From Amphiscolops sp. MND2022 (lineage: Eukaryota): a stretch of 60,000 bases of DNA. The notes below the pieces were generated by a model. The model did not search any database. It saw only the letters and a program-made list of their open reading frames with translations, and was not told the DNA's origin. The translations under genes were made by a program, and so were the position numbers. Positions 12,501-22,144 of the stretch are shown here, in pieces. Location: NCBI GenBank assembly GCA_964187785.1, contig OZ076409.1:56236001-56296000 (forward strand), written 5' to 3'. Positions within the stretch are counted from its first letter, which is position 1; every line of letters starts with the position of its first letter.

Positions 12501-13856
12501 GGGTTATCGTTTCAAATTTACATCATACCTTTCCACAGGTCCAGAGCTTCGAGTGGTCCCTGATCATGGACAATTTCTTCACTGTCAAACTGGAGCTGTT
12601 CCAACGCCTGGTCAGCGATTGTGAGTATTTCTAGTTTGGTAGGGTCACTTTGGTCTGCCGTCCTTTTAGGGACCTTCAGATTCTGTGTTTTAGATGTCAC
12701 TAGTTTCGCCATCAATTTGGGTCAGAGGCGAGATGCTACCTTCTTCCTTTGTGGAGAGATGTGCAAGTACATCAATCGTCTTTGCTTCCGCATCTACCAG
12801 CCTGACACTGTGCCTCTGGAAAGCGCTTGGTTCCTGTTGATGGACTTCCGAATCAGTCAGGGCAAGCCCATGAGTGATGAAGATTTCCTGGTACGGCTCA
12901 AGATTGTCAGTAAAGTGACCAGTGCAAGCAACTTGAAGGCAGCGGGGCTTCATTTCAACAAGAAATCTAGTAAGGCAGCGATCGACAAGACTGCTGAAAG
13001 CGCAAAATCAGACTTTGTGAAGAGTGCGAGGGAGTTCATCAAGTTCTTGTTGTCCGGAGTACTCCAACACTCCGAGCTCGGATCTGACCTCATCAAAGGA
13101 CTGGCTGCGTTTGATCCGCATATCCTCTTCAGGAGGCCCGTAGAAATTGCTTTGCGGCATTTTGACCGTCTGTATTCCACTTTCCAACTGCGTTCCTGGG
13201 TTTCAGCGTCCAATGAGTCAGTTTGCCGGGACGAGTACGTTGCCCTATTGGAATACCTACGAGCCAACCATTCTTCTGAGTTCGGCTCCTCCTGCGATCC
13301 TCCTGATCTCATTGACTTCTTCATGGGATTGGAGTTCCTCCACACACATGAGCATCTCTGTTATCTGTTCAAACTGAGTTGCCTCTGTATCACTTCTGTG
13401 AGTCCCGAGTATCCTCCTGTTTCTTTGGGCAAGATTGACACAAAGGGGCTTCAGTCTCGTTTAGCGGACGTCATCTTGCCTTGTCAAAGTTATCTGTCAA
13501 CAGTGCCTGATTCTCTGGTTGCCTGCTGTTCTGAGTCTCGTCTCGAGAAATTCTTCGAATTGTCTTCGACGTTTGGACAGACTGCCTTCACTGCCGATTA
13601 CGACCCGTGGACCTTTGTAGACAGCTTCGGCCGTTCAGCAATTTACAAGACTCTCGTCACTTCTTATCGCTCTGTTCTCGCCGGGTCAGAATTCCATTTT
13701 AGAAGTCCTACTTTCGCTGATACTTCTTCTGTGTCTGATGCTCCTGCTGTGAGGCCACCCAGTGATAGTAAGCGGAGGCGGATGGAAAAGAGTTGTTCCC
13801 GGGGTAGAGCTTCGTCTGTCCTTGGTGAATCTTCTGCTGGTGGTTCTAAGAGCTAA
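9596..13856 (+). CDS. Spliced antisense gene of element B: BED-like zinc finger plus degenerate hAT-transposase-like protein, ~1293 aa. Exons 9596-11611, 11711-12196, 12294-12428, 12539-12620, 12694-13856
   Basis: Four GT-AG introns (GTAAGT..TTTCAG, GTAAGT..TTTAG, GTTGTA..CCACAG, GTGAGT..TTTTAG) with matching phases 0,0,0,1 join into one 3882-nt open frame. Motifs include WCHMCKKNFSI...ILRHHRTEKH, DLLKKWKSILRYF, LAAFDP and LCYLFKLSCLCITS. Confidence 0.8.
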
Positions 13857-14082
13857 TTGTACATATGTATTTATGTACTTGCAGACTGTAAACTTTGTTG
13901 ATTTTCTGTTTATTATTTATTTCATTTTGTTGCTCTCGATTTTTCTGATCCCGTATTTATTTTCTTTGTAAGGGATCGTCCGAGTGTCCCATTATTTATT
14001 CAAATGATACTAGAGGGACTGGAAAAAAAACGGAAAAAAAGATAATAAGAAAGAACTCCCATTTTCGGGAAGAATTCAATCT

Positions 14083-17000
14083 TTAGTATCTGAAGTCTTC
14101 TGAGTAGTTTGGGTTAGGGTTAGGCCTGAGATTATATTTCCCTCCTCTAGGGCTCAGACTTTCATTTCTAGCATCGCTTTCGGATATTTCGGGCACGATA
14201 ATATCATCCCCCCTTTTTGGAGAGTTTTGTGCATCGTTTTCATTCGTCAAGTTTCTTTCTGAAAAAATTTCATCATTTTCCGGTCCACCTGCCGTACCCG
14301 GCAAAGAATTTTCTTGGTTTTTTGGGGAAACGGCCGGATTCGGCCAATCAGATTTGGTATTTTCTGTCACTGCAGTAGCTTTATTTCTTTCAGTGACGTC
14401 ATCATCTAAGCGTTTATTCCGGCTGTGTGCCGCGTTGTCGTTGTTTAATTCTTCTCGCGTGATTATGTAATCCGCTTCGGTCTCGTCTACGTCATTTGCA
14501 TTCGTTTCCGCCGTGTTCGGCTGTTCGCCATTCGGCACGCTAGTTGGAATAGTCTCGCTGCCTCGTGTAACTAGTTGCTCTCCAAAATCTGTTTCCCACG
14601 CTATGACGTATAGGTCGTCTTGCGGAATGACAATTTCTTCGTCTGGCTGCAGACGTTGTTCTCGGAAATTGTCCTCAAGCGGTTGATTGGGAATAAACCT
14701 TTTAAGGCGAATGCGATGCAAAATTTGAGTTTTGTTCGTATTGATTCTTCGTACTATGTAGTTTTCATTTGGCAAAACCTTTTGGACTACAAATGGTCCA
14801 ACCCAACGATAATCGCGGAATGGAATTTTTGATCCTTGATGATCCGCTTTCGGCTGTAAGACGAAACAGTAATCATTCTCCTTCAATGGAGCAGCTTTTG
14901 CTTTGCGATTGTAGTATTCTTTGTATTTAATATACGACTGCATAATGTTCTGTTTCGTCTTGTCAATCAAGGTTTTCGTCCGATTTTGGATTTCCTCGGC
15001 GAATTCAGTTGTAGGGCTGATCTTTTCGTTTGGATTATTTCCAAGCTTGTGATCCAAGATATTGTAGGGAATTCTGCCATGGAATACCCTTGTTGGCTCA
15101 CAACCGATGCTGGCGTGATAACTAGTATTATGATTGAGTACTGCTAATGGCAAGTATTTATGCCATTGTCGGCGGTATTCCCCACATGCCATTTTGAGAT
15201 TTGTCTTTAATGAGGCATGGGTCCGCTCTAATTTCCCAATTGTTTGCGGGTGCTTTGTCGTTGCACATTTGAGTGTAATGCCCAAAATTTGCGTAACCTC
15301 CGCAATAATCGTAGAAGTGAATGCAGTACCCTTATCAGTAATAAGAGTCGTTGGCAGATATGCATGTTTGGTCATTATGTCAATGAGCGCCTTTGCCACA
15401 TTGATTGCTGATGCGTCTGTAAGGGGGTAAGCGAACAAATATCTGGAGAAAACATCAATTGCCGTTAGAACGTTTTCGTACCCTCCACTTGGGGGAAGAT
15501 TCGGCAATAGGTCAATCTGCATGGCGTCTTCAGGTCCAAGGTCCCATTCGGGCAAGTTGAGCAGCTCAGGTGTGATCGTTGCGTTAGGGACTCTTTTGTC
15601 TCTGGCACATTGTTCACACCCTTCTACCCACTTTTTGACGTGTTTAGCCATGCTAGGGTAGTAATACCTTTGTCTAATTTCCTGCAACATTTTTGAAATC
15701 CCGGGATGTTTATGCGCTGTCCCATGAAGGGAGCGAAGCAATTCCCGAAGTAGGTGTTGCGGGAGTAAAATTTGATGGTATTTAACATTCCCTGTTTCAT
15801 CAAAATATTGCCTCGTCAGGATTTCGTCCTTTAGTACAATTCGTTCCAGATTGTTTGCGTAATGTCTATATCGGGCATCTTGGTGCACTATGTTTTCTGA
15901 ATAATCTTCATGAAGGAGCTTTGCCTTCAATTGTTGCAATACTGCATCCTTGGACTGCTCGATGATTATCTGGTTTGTTTTCTTTAATCGGACTTGGATG
16001 TCTGGTTGTTGTTTGACCAGATTGGTTGACAGAGTTTCTATGGTAACAGTGGGCTCATCAGTCATTGGATTTTTCCTGATTGCTTCTTTTCTTGCCCAAT
16101 ACTGTTCCTCTGTCTCGTCATCATCATTCGTATAGAATATTTGTTCTTCCTGTGATACTCCCGCAGATTGAACATTTATCTCAATGGGTAAAGTCTGCAC
16201 GTCCTCACGGATCTTCATGATTAATTTATCCTTCGGGTCTGCCTCCAATCGGGACAAATAGTCAGCTGCTGTGTTCTGTGCTCCCGGAATATGCGCTATG
16301 ACAAAATTGAACTGAATCACATAATCGCATGCATTCCACAGGGCTGGGGGTATTATTTTCGTTTGGAAAAATCTCGTAACGGCTTTGTTGTCGGTAAGGA
16401 TAATGACCGGTTTGGGCGCACCCCAGAATATATGTCCAAATTCTTTGAATGCAAAGTAAATTGCCAGAAATTCCTTGGCATATATTGACATTTTGATCTG
16501 GGCTGGGGTGAAGGTTTTTGATCCATAGGCCACCGGTGCGTAGGATTTTCGGAGAGATGTGAATTTCTGGTTTGGATCGTCTTCTATTAAGACCGCATAT
16601 CCAGCTGCACCAAAACTTGCATCAGTCATTAGTGCGATTTGTTTGTTCGGGATAGGCTGTTGTAGGGCCAAATCGCAACATTTGTCGAGTGCCTTGTTGA
16701 TTTCTTCGAATTGTTGGACTAATTCTTTCGATACTAGGACCTTTTCGTCACTTTTGAGCATCTTGTAGAATGGAGCAAGGCGTTCAGAGAGTCTTGGGAC
16801 ATAATTCCTGTAGTAGTTCAAGAATCCCAAGTAGCGCTGCAAAGCCTTTTTCGACTTTGGGAATTTGGTCTTTTCCAGAAGGTTTTGCACGTTCTGTTTC
16901 TGGGGTTTGACGCCTTGCGGGGTAATAGTCCGTCCGAGAAAATCAATTTCTTTTGCACCAAAGTGACATTTGTGCATTGTCAACTTAAGGCCTGCTTCCT

Positions 17001-19287
17001 GAATGCATTTGAATGTTGCTCTCAGGTTCATTATGAGGTGGTGAACATCATTGGCTGCGATGCCGATATCGTCCACATACTGGGCGCACTGATCCGCTTT
17101 AATGACTTTGTCGAGGTATTCCCTCATGAAACTCGAGAATGCGGATAGTGACCGACTAAGGCCTTGTGCCAAGCGTCTGTACGCGAATGTACGACTGGCA
17201 AAATTGAAAGCTAACATTTCGATCGAGCGTTGGTCGGCCATTGGTAGGCAGTGGTATGCCTGCGAACAGTCTAATTTACAGAACAGTTTTTTGCCTGCCA
17301 AGTGTTGGGCAGCATCAACCAAGGTGCTAACAGGGTGATTATTGTTGATATAATCATCCGAGATGAGGTTGTTGATTTTTCTCAAGTCAACCAAAAGTCG
17401 TAGCTTCCCATTTAGTTTCTTTTGGGCGAATATTGGGCTTGCATACTTCGAGAACGGTAGTGTGGTTATTATGCCATATTTGTGCAACATGGCTAATTCG
17501 ACTAGGATGTCCTCCTTCAAGTTGATAGGGGCTGGAAGACTTTGACTATAGGCTGGGGAATCGTCCTTAGGTGTCAGTTTCACTTTGAATTCCTCGTTCA
17601 TGCCTATATCAAATCGGTGTCGTGCAAAGATGTCATGGAATTCCACTAACAATTCCTCAATTTTCTCCTTCTCTTCAGGAGTAAGGGTGGAATCTTTCCA
17701 GTCAAAGTTTTTTAAGAATTTTGCACGCGATTCTGCGTCTGTGGTGGGGTCGAGTGTCTCCAGGTCCTGTAAGGCCTGTAACTCGCGTAGGATTCGTTTT
17801 TGTATGGGTGTGTGTTCCTCAGGATTTCCAGGGTTTTCTGGAGTTGGGAACCAATAATTTTCGGAGTTTTGTGGATTTCTATTGGTTTTGATGAGACTGC
17901 TGACATAATGGGCTGCTTGCTCCTGGTCATTCTGCAAAAGGTGCCAGGTTGATGCCGGGTCTACCGGTTTGACATACTTCATTTGTTCTGGCGTCATGAC
18001 AGAGAAATTGGCAATATGTAGTCCCTTTTTGAGTTTATAAGGGTGGTCTGTGAAGTTGCTCATTGGTATCGATATATTGCCGTCATTCAGAGTGACCAAG
18101 GCTGGGCAGAATGTGATGTCGCCTTCTTCATGTAGAAGGTCGCTCGGTTGTAAAATTCCAGTGACAGCATTCTCAGGGTACAGTAGGGAATTGGTCCTAA
18201 TTAGGACTCTATCATTTGGCGGAATGGTTATCTCAATGGGATTGAGAATCGGTTCTAAGACATTTGAGTATTTATGGTCAGCTGTTTTGAGCTGCATTGA
18301 GAAGAACGGGAAGTTCAGTATTCCTTGTCTCATGTCCAGGACTGTATGATTTCGTTGAAGGAACATTAGGCCGATAATCGGACCTGTCAGGTGTTCCATG
18401 ACTATAAAAATCTCATGAAACTCAATGTCACTAACTTCAAATTTGAGCTCTATGGTACTCTTAGGAGTTTCCAATTGCCCGTTAGCAACCATTATTTGGA
18501 AATTTGGAGGCGGACCTTCCCGGATGACAGATTGTGGAGATAGAAGTCGAATTTTCCGGAGGTCCATTTCAGGAATTGCACTGGACAGCGCTCCAGTGTC
18601 AATAAGTCCGTCTATGGTCAATTCCCCAAAGTCCATGGGGAAGTACAACATGCGTTTTTTGCATTTGAGATTGATGTTGGTTGACAGGGGTATACAGTCT
18701 GGTTCACCATATCTGGTGATGAGTACATTTTGGAATTGTTTTTCATCTAATAATGATTGTGGCGTGATTTCACCACTGTTTTCAGTATTCTCGGTCCCCA
18801 GGGGATTTGGGAACACCGGATGGCTTGTGCCATCATTCATTTGCCAGGTTTCAATCAATGCTCTAGTTTTCTTGTTGTGGGTGATTGGAGGATTTTCATG
18901 GGCTGATTTATTGTAGAGTTCGATATCATCAATGACGTATTGGAATTGTAGCAGATCTTGGTTGTAGAGTTCCGTGTCCCAATAGGGATCTCGTCCATAA
19001 TCGGGGTCTATGTAGGTAGGGTTGTAATCGTCTACCAAGGGAATGGGCCTGAATCGGCTATTGAAAGCAGATGTGTAATCAGGATCCCATACAGGAATTG
19101 GGTTTTGGAACAAATGGGTATTATTGTAAGTAATAATGCTAGCTTTTTCCATCTGCTGCTGCCAGACAACAGAAGGATAGCCCATCAATTGTTGATTGTA
19201 TTGGTGGAAAGTTTGCGTTGGAGGGTCCGATCTGATGTATTGTCGGACAGATATTAGTTGATTGTATTGGAGTCGTGGCGAAGTTAG
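14083..19287 (-). CDS. pol: Gypsy Pol polyprotein (aspartic protease, RT, RNase H, integrase), reached by -1 frameshift
   Basis: 1701-aa ORF at 14083-19188, open upstream to the slippery site. LIDTGAL; KLDCSQAY...QYVDDI; MTDASF; HGTAHKHPG...CEQC; QIDLL...TDKG...LER. Confidence 0.97.
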   Translation of the reverse strand, partial: LTSPRLQYNQLISVRQYIRSDPPTQTFHQYNQQLMGYPSVVWQQQMEKASIITYNNTHLFQNPIPVWDPDYTSAFNSRFRPIPLVDDYNPTYIDPDYGRDPYWDTELYNQDLLQFQYVIDDIELYNKSAHENPPITHNKKTRALIETWQMNDGTSHPVFPNPLGTENTENSGEITPQSLLDEKQFQNVLITRYGEPDCIPLSTNINLKCKKRMLYFPMDFGELTIDGLIDTGALSSAIPEMDLRKIRLLSPQSVIREGPPPNFQIMVANGQLETPKSTIELKFEVSDIEFHEIFIVMEHLTGPIIGLMFLQRNHTVLDMRQGILNFPFFSMQLKTADHKYSNVLEPILNPIEITIPPNDRVLIRTNSLLYPENAVTGILQPSDLLHEEGDITFCPALVTLNDGNISIPMSNFTDHPYKLKKGLHIANFSVMTPEQMKYVKPVDPASTWHLLQNDQEQAAHYVSSLIKTNRNPQNSENYWFPTPENPGNPEEHTPIQKRILRELQALQDLETLDPTTDAESRAKFLKNFDWKDSTLTPEEKEKIEELLVEFHDIFARHRFDIGMNEEFKVKLTPKDDSPAYSQSLPAPINLKEDILVELAMLHKYGIITTLPFSKYASPIFAQKKLNGKLRLLVDLRKINNLISDDYINNNHPVSTLVDAAQHLAGKKLFCKLDCSQAYHCLPMADQRSIEMLAFNFASRTFAYRRLAQGLSRSLSAFSSFMREYLDKVIKADQCAQYVDDIGIAANDVHHLIMNLRATFKCIQEAGLKLTMHKCHFGAKEIDFLGRTITPQGVKPQKQNVQNLLEKTKFPKSKKALQRYLGFLNYYRNYVPRLSERLAPFYKMLKSDEKVLVSKELVQQFEEINKALDKCCDLALQQPIPNKQIALMTDASFGAAGYAVLIEDDPNQKFTSLRKSYAPVAYGSKTFTPAQIKMSIYAKEFLAIYFAFKEFGHIFWGAPKPVIILTDNKAVTRFFQTKIIPPALWNACDYVIQFNFVIAHIPGAQNTAADYLSRLEADPKDKLIMKIREDVQTLPIEINVQSAGVSQEEQIFYTNDDDETEEQYWARKEAIRKNPMTDEPTVTIETLSTNLVKQQPDIQVRLKKTNQIIIEQSKDAVLQQLKAKLLHEDYSENIVHQDARYRHYANNLERIVLKDEILTRQYFDETGNVKYHQILLPQHLLRELLRSLHGTAHKHPGISKMLQEIRQRYYYPSMAKHVKKWVEGCEQCARDKRVPNATITPELLNLPEWDLGPEDAMQIDLLPNLPPSGGYENVLTAIDVFSRYLFAYPLTDASAINVAKALIDIMTKHAYLPTTLITDKGTAFTSTIIAEVTQILGITLKCATTKHPQTIGKLERTHASLKTNLKMACGEYRRQWHKYLPLAVLNHNTSYHASIGCEPTRVFHGRIPYNILDHKLGNNPNEKISPTTEFAEEIQNRTKTLIDKTKQNIMQSYIKYKEYYNRKAKAAPLKENDYCFVLQPKADHQGSKIPFRDYRWVGPFVVQKVLPNENYIVRRINTNKTQILHRIRLKRFIPNQPLEDNFREQRLQPDEEIVIPQDDLYVIAWETDFGEQLVTRGSETIPTSVPNGEQPNTAETNANDVDETEADYIITREELNNDNAAHSRNKRLDDDVTERNKATAVTENTKSDWPNPAVSPKNQENSLPGTAGGPENDEIFSERNLTNENDAQNSPKRGDDIIVPEISESDARNESLSPRGGKYNLRPNPNPNYSEDFRY

Positions 19288-20997
19288 TTTTTTGACTCAT
19301 CATTGGAAGATGAGGCCTGTGAGTTGGAAGATGTTGATTTGTTTTGTGGTTTCTGCGCTTTTGAATTGGGTTTACCGTCATTAGCGTCATCTGGTCTGGT
19401 GCGTTTGGGTTTGAGATGCGCACCAGCACCTTGCCAACATCTTTCTTCCGGGTGGTTCTTTTTACCACAAGTGCCACACTCCGGATACGTCTTTTTCTGA
19501 GTTTGTTCGCCTTGTTGGGCATCTTTTTCTTTTTTTCTTCTTCAATTTTTCACAGTCTTTGACCATATGGCCCTTCTCCTTGCAGTAGTTGCAAGTGATG
19601 TCCGACATTTGCCCAGTAGTTAGAGGAGTCTTGGATTTTGTTGTCGAGGAGGTCATTGTGGCCATTGGTAGGTCGTCTGATTCGTCAAGGGCATTTAGTT
19701 CTAATTCTCTCTCTAAATGAGCAACTATTTCGTCATAAGAGCCGTTTTCGAGTCTGGCCATGTTTACAGACCGCTTCAGTTTTGGTGGCAGTTTTGCGTA
19801 GAGCAAACTGTCAATCATTTTCTGCGCGTGATCCCCGAATGCTTTTTCTGCCCCTTGATTTAATTCTTCAAGGAAATCTGGCAGTTTCATCGTGTTGGGA
19901 TCGAAGACTAGACGGTGCCATTTATGTTTGGCAGTTGCTTGTGATTCAGGTTTGACGTATTTTCGTCTGAATATTACCAATACGTCCTCTAAAGTCTGTC
20001 TATTGCTCGAGCTGATGTTGCGGAAGGTTTGGAGAGCATTCTTCCTCAGCAGTGAGTGGAAGTGATTTATTTTCATCTGTTCCGTCATTTCCGGTTGCAT
20101 CTTGATCATCGTGTGGAACAGGTCCTCAAACAGCTCGAATTTTTCACTCTTGCCATCAAAGGTCATTGTGTTTGAATTGACTGGGCGTATAGTGAGTTGT
20201 TGGGCTGTCGGACTATTCTGCATCGTTGTCAAGACATCTGCTAGTCGAGTAATAGGGTCGGTTTGAGCAGCCGGAGCATTTCTCTCTTGCGCTGGGATCG
20301 TCGTGTCAAGGTTGATGTCTTCATAGGACCTGTCGAGATGGTTTCTGGATGAGACTCGTCCCGTGAGAAACTCGGGAACTTGAAGTGGAGATTCGTTGTC
20401 TCCTGTCACCATGTCATGAACGTGACGGGCAGATGGTCCACCCGATCGGTATCCATCATGTTGTTCATTTCTACAGTCGGCCTTAGCACTTGGAATTCGC
20501 TGTTCCTCGGCATTTGCTTCCGGTCTCTCGACTGGGACTTCCCATCCCCCTCTGGTCTCTCGGCCTGATCCGGCCATTATGACATTCTGTATTTGAGGCA
20601 ATACTTGACTACTAATAGCTTCATTAATGGCCCTTTGGATCAGCGTATCAACATTACTCATCATTTCATCCATCTCACGGGATATCCTAGAGTTCAATTC
20701 GCTAGACAACCTATTTATCTCAGCTAGTGAGTTTGCTTCAGCCGAGTTTTGGCCAAGATCGGCACTTGTCCTAGGTTCATCATTTCTACAATTTGAAAAC
20801 AGGCTTTCGCCCTCGTTGTCTAAGTTATTACTCATGATACTTTCTCTCCTTCTAACGGAGTTACTTTCTAAACTCCTTTCTCTTTCAGTTCCCTTGTAAC
20901 GATCGCCTCCTAACATTATATCTAAATTTTCGATATCAGAAAGGATCTCTAGTCCTCTGGACTTTCTAGCCTTCTTTTGTTTTCTTGTAGTAGGCAT
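19284..20997 (-). CDS. gag: Gypsy Gag (~570 aa after removing one A from the A7 run at 19530-19536), with two CCHC zinc knuckles
   Basis: Capsid-like TFDGKSEKFELFEDLF; CNYCKEKGHMVKDC. The second knuckle CGTCGKKNHPEERC appears only after a 1-nt correction. Confidence 0.9.
19287..19293 (-). other. -1 ribosomal frameshift heptamer A AAA AAC directly before the gag stop
   Basis: Minus strand reads TCA AAA AAC TAA. The -1 frame (CTA ACT TCG...) is open and in phase with pol. Confidence 0.8.
20400..20411 (-). promoter_or_regulatory. Primer-binding site TGGTGACAGGAG of element B
   Basis: Directly follows the CA end of the 5' LTR and starts with TGG (complement of tRNA CCA). The tRNA identity is not established. 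Confidence 0.85.
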
Positions 20998-22139
20998 AAG
21001 GAAAACTTCGAGTATAAAATTGAATTAGATTATATCTCGAAAATAACAGTGAAACCGTTTGTACTAATATGATAGTCTTTTTCAGAAGAGAGCAAATTAA
21101 GAAGTGTCTCCTCTCTCAAAGGCACGGGTATTTATACCCCTGAAAGGGTGACACTCTCATTCTTTACATTCCTTGACTAAGACAATATCATATGACTGCA
21201 TTTTTGATGGTCACGGGATGAACGCTATCCATTCCAAATATTATACATCAAAGGAACAATCATTCAACCGTTAGCATCGTTTACATATTTGGCGAAATAT
21301 TTTCATTGAACAGGTATTTGTTGATGTAAGTGCACATACTTTAGCACGTGGCAGCACAACAAATATGTTTAGTCTAAATACCTTTCACGGGTACAATGGC
21401 AAAAGGCCTAATAAGGCAACAATATCAAATTTCATGCAACAGCTATTTTAGAACAAATTGGATAACTATTTGTTAATGGTACAACAGAACATCAATTAAC
21501 ACTTCAGATTGGTATTTCATGATCAACAAAGCTAACTATTAACTAAATATCATTACATGAAATTAGCATCAATCATAAGTGCTTTGTTTATGGCGGACTG
21601 AATAGCCGGATTAGGCCGGTTGCCTGAACGGCATTAATAGCACTTTCGTTCGGTTTGTACAAAGGCCGTAATTGGCAAAAGAGAATAAAGCACACGAAAA
21701 TGAAGGCCTCTGATTGGCTAATTGGGTGAGCGCAAGCGGCGTTGGCAAGAAAGTACAGGAGTCCATTTGAACTCGTTTCCGTACTTTCTCTTAGTTGCTT
21801 GCTATAATCTTTGATTATTACTACATTGCATTGATAATACAACAATACAGCACAATCTATGTTAACAGACTAATATACAGTTAACATTCAAGACTAAGGT
21901 TGATCATAAGTAATCAACAAGTGCGATAATTCTAAGTTTTGGTAACAAGGGAATACGTCCCAGTACGGCCCTTTTTGGCTATTTTCTAAAATAATATGGC
22001 AACAAAATACATAAGCAACGTAAAAGTTTAAGAGAAAGTTTTAGTTTACTTTAATAGATAGGGAGAGTTCCTGGGGCCACAACCTGGCCAACAGCTGTTG
22101 TTGTAATCCTTGTGCCGTCACAGGCGGCAGCCTGCGACA
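20412..22139 (-). repeat. 5' LTR of Gypsy element B (1728 bp)
   Basis: Repeat of 6143-7870, followed by the PBS. Contains the gag ATG at 20997. Confidence 0.97.
21129..21136 (-). promoter_or_regulatory. Candidate TATA box (TATAAATA) in the element B LTR
   Basis: Lies ~130 bp upstream of the gag ATG; copy at 6860-6867. Upstream CCAAT-like motif at ~21712. Confidence 0.55.
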
Positions 22140-22144
22140 TCTTC

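Larger units (their letters stand above)
6143..22139 (-). mobile_element. Young ~16-kb Ty3/Gypsy LTR retrotransposon with two accessory genes (element B)
   Basis: 1728-bp direct repeats with TGTC...GACA ends. Perfect 5-bp TSD TCTTC (6138-6142 and 22140-22144). PBS at 20400-20411. gag plus uninterrupted pol in PR-RT-RH-IN order. Inserted into Bel-Pao A coding sequence. Confidence 0.97.

Noticed and set aside
7782..13856. env gene in the post-pol position
   Set aside because: Neither accessory product shows a signal peptide, a furin site plus fusion peptide, or a C-terminal transmembrane anchor. The large gene is antisense.
9400..14080. Independent hAT transposon nested in the Gypsy
   Set aside because: I found no TIRs or 8-bp TSD around the gene, and the catalytic motifs are degenerate while the frame is intact. 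Not fully excluded without sister copies.
14620..19955. Numerous plus-strand ORFs opposite gag/pol
   Set aside because: Antisense shadows of a long coding frame, with no motifs.
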